From positions 23,136,001-23,200,000 of the forward strand of contig CP086569.2 of assembly GCA_009914755.4 (NCBI GenBank): a DNA stretch of 64,000 bases. The letters run 5' to 3'. The notes under the pieces are model-generated. The model was not told where the DNA came from and ran no database searches. It saw only the letters and a program-made list of their open reading frames with translations. The number at the start of each line of letters is the position of its first letter. Positions within the stretch are counted from its first letter, which is position 1. Below are positions 54,469 through 64,000 of the stretch, piece after piece. This DNA comes from the human T2T-CHM13v2.0 reference genome, Homo sapiens. The translations under genes and the position numbers were made by a program.

Positions 54469-55856
54469 TACAGCCTGGGAGGCCCTTTTCCAACCATAGC
54501 CAGAACATCCAACATCAGATACTAATTCAGATGACTAGTGAGATCTGCCTTCTCCCAGCTTTCTCTCAGTACCAGAGAAAGTCTGCCTGCTGTCCAGGTC
54601 CTGGGAGGTCCAATCAGACTAACAGGGCTGAGCTAGAGGAAATCTTGGCACCCAGTTCCTTCTCAGCTTAATGGTCCCCTTTTGGAAAGAGGAATCTGGG
54701 TCTCTGTCTTTTGTCTGGGGATGCCTAGAACACAACGGACACCCCCAGCTTCTTCTTACCAGTCCACATAAGTGCCAAACAATCTCACATCCCTACATCC
54801 TCCCCACTGGACTGCCGTATTTGGGACCTAGCCAAACTTGGCTTATGGTTGACCTTAAAGCCAAAACATTTAATTTTCTACTGGAACATGGTCTTAACAA
54901 CTTTTTTATGAGAAATGGCAAATGACAAGAGATTTCCCCATGTTCAGACTTTCTTCTATTGTCAACCTCAGCCCTCATCCTTCTCTACCTGTTCAAAAAC
55001 TACTCCAGCCAGTTAAAACTTCTCTGCCATTCTCCCTCTCTGGGAAGTGGTTAGGGTTAAAGGTAGTCCTCACATTCATGCCCCCTTCTCCATGTCTAAT
55101 TTGTGACAAATTGAACAGCTTCTGGGACTTTTCTCTAAAAATCCCTCTCATTATCACAGGAAATTCCTGCACATAACCCAATTCTTTCATTTAAGTTGGC
55201 ATTACATTTACATAATTCTAACCTCCACCTTTACCCTTAATAAAAAAGAGTGCTCAGCTTTATTAAAATGGACATCTTAGCTATAACAATACTCAAAAGG
55301 CCTTTAGGTTTTTTTCTTCCCAAATTGTGTTTTCCTGAAAAGGGGTTTTTCTCAGTCAAAACTACTTTTCTTCACTCTGCCTTGCCACTCTTGCTGCATG
55401 CATAAAAGATCCCAGAATAACTACTGGTGGCCTAGGACTCCCCAGGAAGACAGAAAACTTGCCACAAGTCCCATCTTGAAAAAAATAACTATTTTCCTTA
55501 TGGAACCACTACAATTAAAGGTGAATAAGTACCTCTCAAAAATCTTTCTTTGTCTTCCAGATATGCTTGTTTGTTAGGCCCTAAAATTTGTTTACCTAGT
55601 TCTTCTCTTAAAGGGCCTGACCCTGAGGCCAATAATCCAATCTGGAAATTAGCAAATGGAAATCTTACAACTACTGGGTCTTCTTCTGGTTGTCTGTGTG
55701 GCTATATATGTGTTATGTATATTATCTAAATTAAAAAGAACTTTAATAAATTAATTGTCCTAAGAAAAGAAAGTACTTAAATCAAGTATTTTTAAGAAAA
55801 TGCTAAGCAAAGTAATACTATGTACATTGCCTCCTGAATGACTACTGGGTACATAA

Positions 55857-59118
<3,262 letters not shown>

Positions 59119-60250
59119 AAACACAGCATTCACAGTTGATACTATTAATACCAATGTTAAATTTAAGCTACTTATATTAAATTGCATACAAATGCAGTAA
59201 AAGTATATGGACATTCACGGTAATAAAAATGACCAAATTTTTCTTCGTTTTACTTTGAAATGTAGAAGCTAATGTGGTAGTTTTCTTTACTTTAAATTGT
59301 ATATACTGTAAACAAGCAAGTTCAGCTTTGTTACTGAAAATAGCAATAATGCTGAGATAAGTAAATTCTAACAGGTTAGAAAATAAAACAAAGCTGAGAA
59401 GGTTAAAATCCATCATCTCAATCCATCATGCTGAGGGGAGAAGCACTGAAAAGCCATCTCCTGACTTAATGGAAATCGATATTTCTGCCAAAGTCTGGGT
59501 ACAGCTGTAAAGGTTCACAAAAATTACTGTACCTGAATGACTTCTGCTTTCTTACTAACTGAGAAACTTTATGTTCTAAAATTACAAACAGAGTGTTTGC
59601 TGTTTGAAATGTTATCAGTGAAGATAAAACTTAGCAGTCTTTTCCAGCTGATTAATGTCACTTTCCACAGAAGAAAAACTGATTTCCAGTCTAGCTGCAT
59701 AGCTTCAAATAACAAGCATGTGCACTCAAAATTCCACACAAATGTCAACTTGTGATCTACAAGGAATAAAGACACTGGGTTCTCTCACAGTCTAAACATG
59801 ATGTTTTGGCCTTTCATACATAGGAGTACTTTACCTTGAACTTGTAGAAATTCTACTCTGTTTAAATATCTACTCACCTCCTTTCCCATAAATCCTACAG
59901 TACCAAGTTTTATTACTTTAGTTGCCCCACAGGCATGGTTGACCTTACTGTAACAAGTCAATGCAATTTTATTAGATTATAGGGTTGTCCTATGTAGTCA
60001 GAGACTAGCTGGATTAAGTCACAGAATTTCTCTGTCTAGCTGTTTTCCCCATAGTAAATGCAACTGGCAAAAATGTCTAATATGCCTTGAATCCCTAGAT
60101 ATAAAACACATTTTCTGATTTTGCTAAATTGATTCCTGCATACAATACTCATTTGAGAGAAGTGTCATTTTTCAAGTGACTAATATAAAAATGGTAATGT
60201 CCATAATAATTTGTATTCTATTTTATTTTAAAATGTGGATTTTTTTCTCC

Positions 60251-60520
60251 AGGCAAGATGGCTCACACCTGTAATCCCAGCACTTCAGGAGGCTGAGGCA
60301 GGTGTATCTCAAATGAGACCAACATGGCGAAAGCCCATCTTTACTAAAAATACAAAAAAACTTTGCCAGGTCTGACAGCATATGCCTGTAGTACTAGCTA
60401 TTCGGAAGGCAAGAGAATCACCTCCTGGTGAAGATTGCAGAGAGCCAAGATCGTGCCATTGCACTCCAGCATGGGCCAGAGAACTGGACTCTTTAAAAAA
60501 AGTAAAATAAAATAAAATAT
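60251..60520 (+). mobile_element. old, diverged Alu (AluJ/S-like) with an (AAAATA)n-type tail
   Basis: The string aggcaagatggctcacacctgtaatcccagcacttcaggaggctgaggcaggtgtatctc runs through ..caagatcgtgccattgcactccagcatgggccagagaactggactctttaaaaaaagtaaaataaaataaaat. Confidence 0.8.
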
Positions 60521-62449
60521 ATGTGGATTTTTTCAAAAACATAAGCAACTTTTTATGTTCTTTTGGAAATTTGTGTCTGTATGCGTTTTTTTGACACAGA
60601 AAGTAGTACATAGAGAAGCTTTTACAAATGTTTCAACTATATTTGAATTTTATTTTAATACCCCATATTAAATTACCCTCTGATCTGGTTTTTTAATGCT
60701 TTTAAGTCTGAGCATAATAACTCACTAAAAAGATTTCTGTAGGGCTTGGGTTCTGCTAACATTATTTTCTTGGCTGTATTTTATCTAAGTTCATTATGCA
60801 AACAATTTGCATTGTGTCATCAAAAATGACTTCTGAAAGCCTTCTGTGGCCCCTGTTATGCCACTAACCATAATGGGGTAACGGGGACCATATTTACCCT
60901 CCCAGGTTAAATAACTATAAAACTAGACAGAAATATGAAACAAAGACTGTTCTACATTCAATTACAGGCAGCATCAAACAGTAATTTCTCAGAAAAGATG
61001 AACAAAGACAGTGTAAGGATGAACCTTGCTTTTCACCAGGCCATAACTTAGTGGGTGTTACTATATTGAGAAGACTAAAATCAGAGTTCAACTATATCAA
61101 GAAAGCTAGAATGTGTAGAGCAAAATGCCAGGAAAAAAAGAGGACTTACACAAAAAGAAAACCCCAGAGATGCAAGAGAGTTGATGCAGGTCTTCTGCTG
61201 GCTGTTAATCTGCATATCCCTGTGAGAAAATTGTCTGAAGCTTAAAAGAAAGCACTGGAACAAAACTATTCCCTGTACATGCATCTATAATGCCGATTGG
61301 GCAGAATACTTTGACTTTGGTTCTGGGTAAGTAGCATAGCATGATCTTCATATTATTTCTTTAGCTATGTTCAATATCTGAAATGTATGAGAGTGCCTTA
61401 ATGGCTTAGGTTGTAGTTGTTTTAAGAGCCTGTGATGAGACTTTGCTGAGGTTTGGTGTGCTGGTCAGGCCTGAAATCAGGCTCCTTGGTAGCATCAGAA
61501 AACAGCAGCTGTGGCAGCTGCATTGGGCAGGTAAGTCCTAGGGGTCCCAGGCATCATGGGAGGGCCCCACTGTGGTGGCTGTGGACTAGGTGGGCCAGAT
61601 TTTGGTCCCCCATGTGGTACATGTGGGTGCCTATAATGGCAGTAACAGCTTAGGTTCTGGGTTGTGGGTCCTGACATGACACTCAGCAGTGTCTGGTTGT
61701 CTTGCTGCTGAGAGGTTGGGAGGAGTTGGTGCCTCAGTGGCAGCAACCTTAGGCAGGTATTTCCCACGCTCTATGGGTCACACATTTTTGTTCCCTATGT
61801 TTTGGAGCAGCCTCTCAAATATGCTAGAATGCCTATTCCCTGGGGTATAGGATGCTGCATCATTTCCATTACCATGGACCCAGACACACTGCTGCACCCA
61901 GCTGACATCGTGACACTGAGGCCTTTGGGTGGACAAGAGGGCATGTCAGCAAGGACCCAGGATATGGAGATGCAGGGGATATTGGAGCCCTGGGCAAAAG
62001 CTGTCTAGAACCTACATCAGCCTCAATATTGGGCCACACACCAGCAATGTGGGCCTCTGTGGGCATGGGGTCTTGTGTGAGTTCCCTCCCTGGGACAATG
62101 TAGTTGGGTGGCGATCAGGCATGTCTCTGTATTAGTCTTAGGACATGTCCTCACAGGCCAAGGGGATTCTCTGCATCTAGGATTGCAAATGTGGTCTTTC
62201 TTTCTCCTCCAGCAGAGAATTCCTTTTGGTTTTGAGCCAATTCCAGCTGGCTGCTTTGGTCCCTCTCTATACTGCTGCCATCCTGAGTTTTTATGCCTCA
62301 GAGAGTCACAGTCACTTCCTTGCTGAATTCCAGCATTCTCCCAAAGATGTTCAATTCAATGCATAGTCATCTATTTGCTATTTTGGACCTTCTTTATGGA
62401 GGAGGTGAGTCTTGAGTGACTCTAGCAGCCATCTTTATCCTTTTGTTGT

Positions 62450-62739
62450 TGTTATTTTATTATTTATTTGTTTATTGAGATGGAGTCTTGATCTGTTGCC
62501 CAGGCTGGAGTGCAGTGGAGCGATTTCAGCCCACTGCCACCTCCACCTTCTTCTGTCAGCCTCCCAAGTACCTGGGATTACAGGCCCCCACCACCAAGTG
62601 TGGCTAATTTTTTGTATTTTTAGTAAAGATGGGGTTTTGCATATTGGCCAGGCTGGTCTCAAACTCCTGGCCTCAGATGATCTACCCACCTCGGCCTCCC
62701 AAAGTGCTGGATTATAGGCGTGACCCACCACACCCAGCC
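62450..62739 (-). mobile_element. Alu (AluS-like) with a (TTTA/TTTG)n-modified T-rich tail
   Basis: The string tttattatttatttgtttattgagatggagtcttgatctgttgcccaggctggagtgcagtggagcgatttcagcc runs through ..gctggattataggcgtgacccaccacacccagcc. Confidence 0.85.
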
Positions 62740-62749
62740 TTTTATTTTT

Positions 62750-63480
62750 TATTTGTTTAAAAATATATGTCAATTATTTTTCTCTCCTTTTATCTTTGTC
62801 TTCTCCTTATAGTACTCCATACATTATCATCCTGCTTCATAATTTTCCATAAGTTCCTTAGGCTGTCTTCATGATTCCTTATCTTTCTCTTGCATTTTTA
62901 TCCTCCATTTTGATTGTTTTCAAGGACTTTGCTTAATTTTTCTTATCCTTTGTTCTGCTTGATCCAGTTTACTGTTCGGCCCCTGTATCTAATTTTTGAC
63001 TTAGGTTCCTGTATTTTTCACTTCTTTGATTTCTGTTTGATGCTTTGAAATATTTTCTACCTCTTTGTTAAACTTCTCAGTTTTTAAATGCATTGCTCTC
63101 TTGACTTCTGTTAATACCTTAGTGCTTCTTGTTTTGATTTCCTTGTCATGGACATTACATACTTTTATCAGATTCTGATTCTGTTTATTTCTTTTGTTCT
63201 TTACCTCAGAACATATTTTCCCCTCCACTGCACTCCCTCACCACCCTGCTCTCCCGTACCCACTACCACCAGCCCCGTTTTTCCTGACTATGAGTTGGTT
63301 TCTGCAAGTCAGTGGACAACCATCTTTCTTTGTTTTCCTGAACTCATCCTACATAGGAAATTTCATTTCCTTATCAGTGCAACCAGAGATTCCAGTTGCT
63401 TCTCAATTCTGTGATTGTCCAACTCACTGTCTTTCTTCCTATGCCCCACTGGATTGTTGAGTGTGTGAAATCATATTATT
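62750..63480 (-). mobile_element. old L1 ORF1 fragment on the minus strand
   Basis: ORF 63001-63228 (-) carries coiled-coil-like ..KEVENISKHQTEIKE.., compare L1 ORF1p ..KEVENFEKN... The minus-strand translation of 62790-62860 gives DSLRNLWKIMKQDDNVWSTIR, compare L1 ORF1p QSLRDLWDNIKRTNIRIIGVPE. Confidence 0.45.
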
Positions 63481-64000
63481 CCTTTGACATAGGCAAGATA
63501 GTAGCCAGCCCCAAGACATGCAGGTAAAGTTTTGGGATTAGATGTATATTATTTGTGGACAAGCTTAGATTCAGAGTCTATGTCCAACTAGTTCTGCCCT
63601 GTGCCAAGAATAGTGTCCATGACTGACACTGCGCAGTCATTCATTATGCTCACTCTGAATCTGGACAGATAGCCACTGAATATTTACAACTTTGACAATC
63701 TTGTTCTCTGTGATATAGGAGACTCAGGAATACAGAGTCCCATTCACTTCCAGAAGTAGATAATTTAGGACAAGTCCTTTAGGTACAGACTGTAAAATTT
63801 GTGATGCATGATGTATGCAGAAGCTACTTCCAGGGAGGTTCTACAGACCTTGATTTCTCACCAGAGCAAGCCAGGGAGAAGGTAGTGCAGACTGCCTGCT
63901 TTCTCATTCTGCATTGCCAAAGTCGCACAAGCTTCTTCCAGGAAGAAACTGCAAGGCAGATTTCTTGCTGTGGCAAGGCAGATAAGAAGACAAGAAGGCC

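Noticed and set aside
61495-61767. 90-aa proline-rich minus-strand ORF (..PPSPQPPQWGPPMMPGTP..), considered as a possible novel small protein
   Set aside because: Low-complexity composition, no homology I can recognise, and an overlapping ORF on the opposite strand. The region is most likely repeat-derived. I kept it only as an unclassified block in the findings.

Overview
The window reads as human/hominoid genomic DNA from an AT-rich, gene-poor region. I could not recognise any host protein-coding exon, rRNA or tRNA gene, CpG island or CRISPR array. Everything that translates into a recognisable protein is retroelement-derived. Visible content: (i) at least 14 Alu copies of different ages, including a near-consensus AluYb8 with a perfect 14-bp target-site duplication (TSD) and a 36-A tail, and a second 5'-truncated AluYb8-like right arm nested inside an older Alu. 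(ii) Four L1 elements or fragments, one a 3.3-kb moderately young L1PA 3' portion and one an old minus-strand ORF1 fragment. (iii) Two LTR proviruses nested in one old L1. The first is a class I ERV9/LTR12 provirus (22819-29578) with gag-pro-pol and an env TM remnant, flanked by a 4-bp CTAG TSD and carrying a rearranged, truncated 3' end. The second is a class II HERV-K-like provirus (30289-37627) that lacks its 5' LTR and primer-binding site (PBS) and abuts the truncated L1 directly. (iv) Many microsatellites, including (TTTC)n of 217 bp, (TA)30, (GGAA)n, (GA)n compound, (CT)n and (AAAAC)n. (v) A 2.66-kb AT-rich minisatellite with a GGATATATATA-type unit that expanded inside an L1 ORF2 and generates the spurious 780/726/581-aa minus-strand ORFs in the track. 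I do not see a novel biological system in this window. The most interesting items are structural: the nested TE cluster, the ERV9 3' rearrangement, the minisatellite with an inverted-repeat junction, candidate young/polymorphic Alu insertions, and non-B-DNA-prone tracts. Coordinates of repeat boundaries are by-eye estimates (about +/-10 bp; LTR ends less certain).
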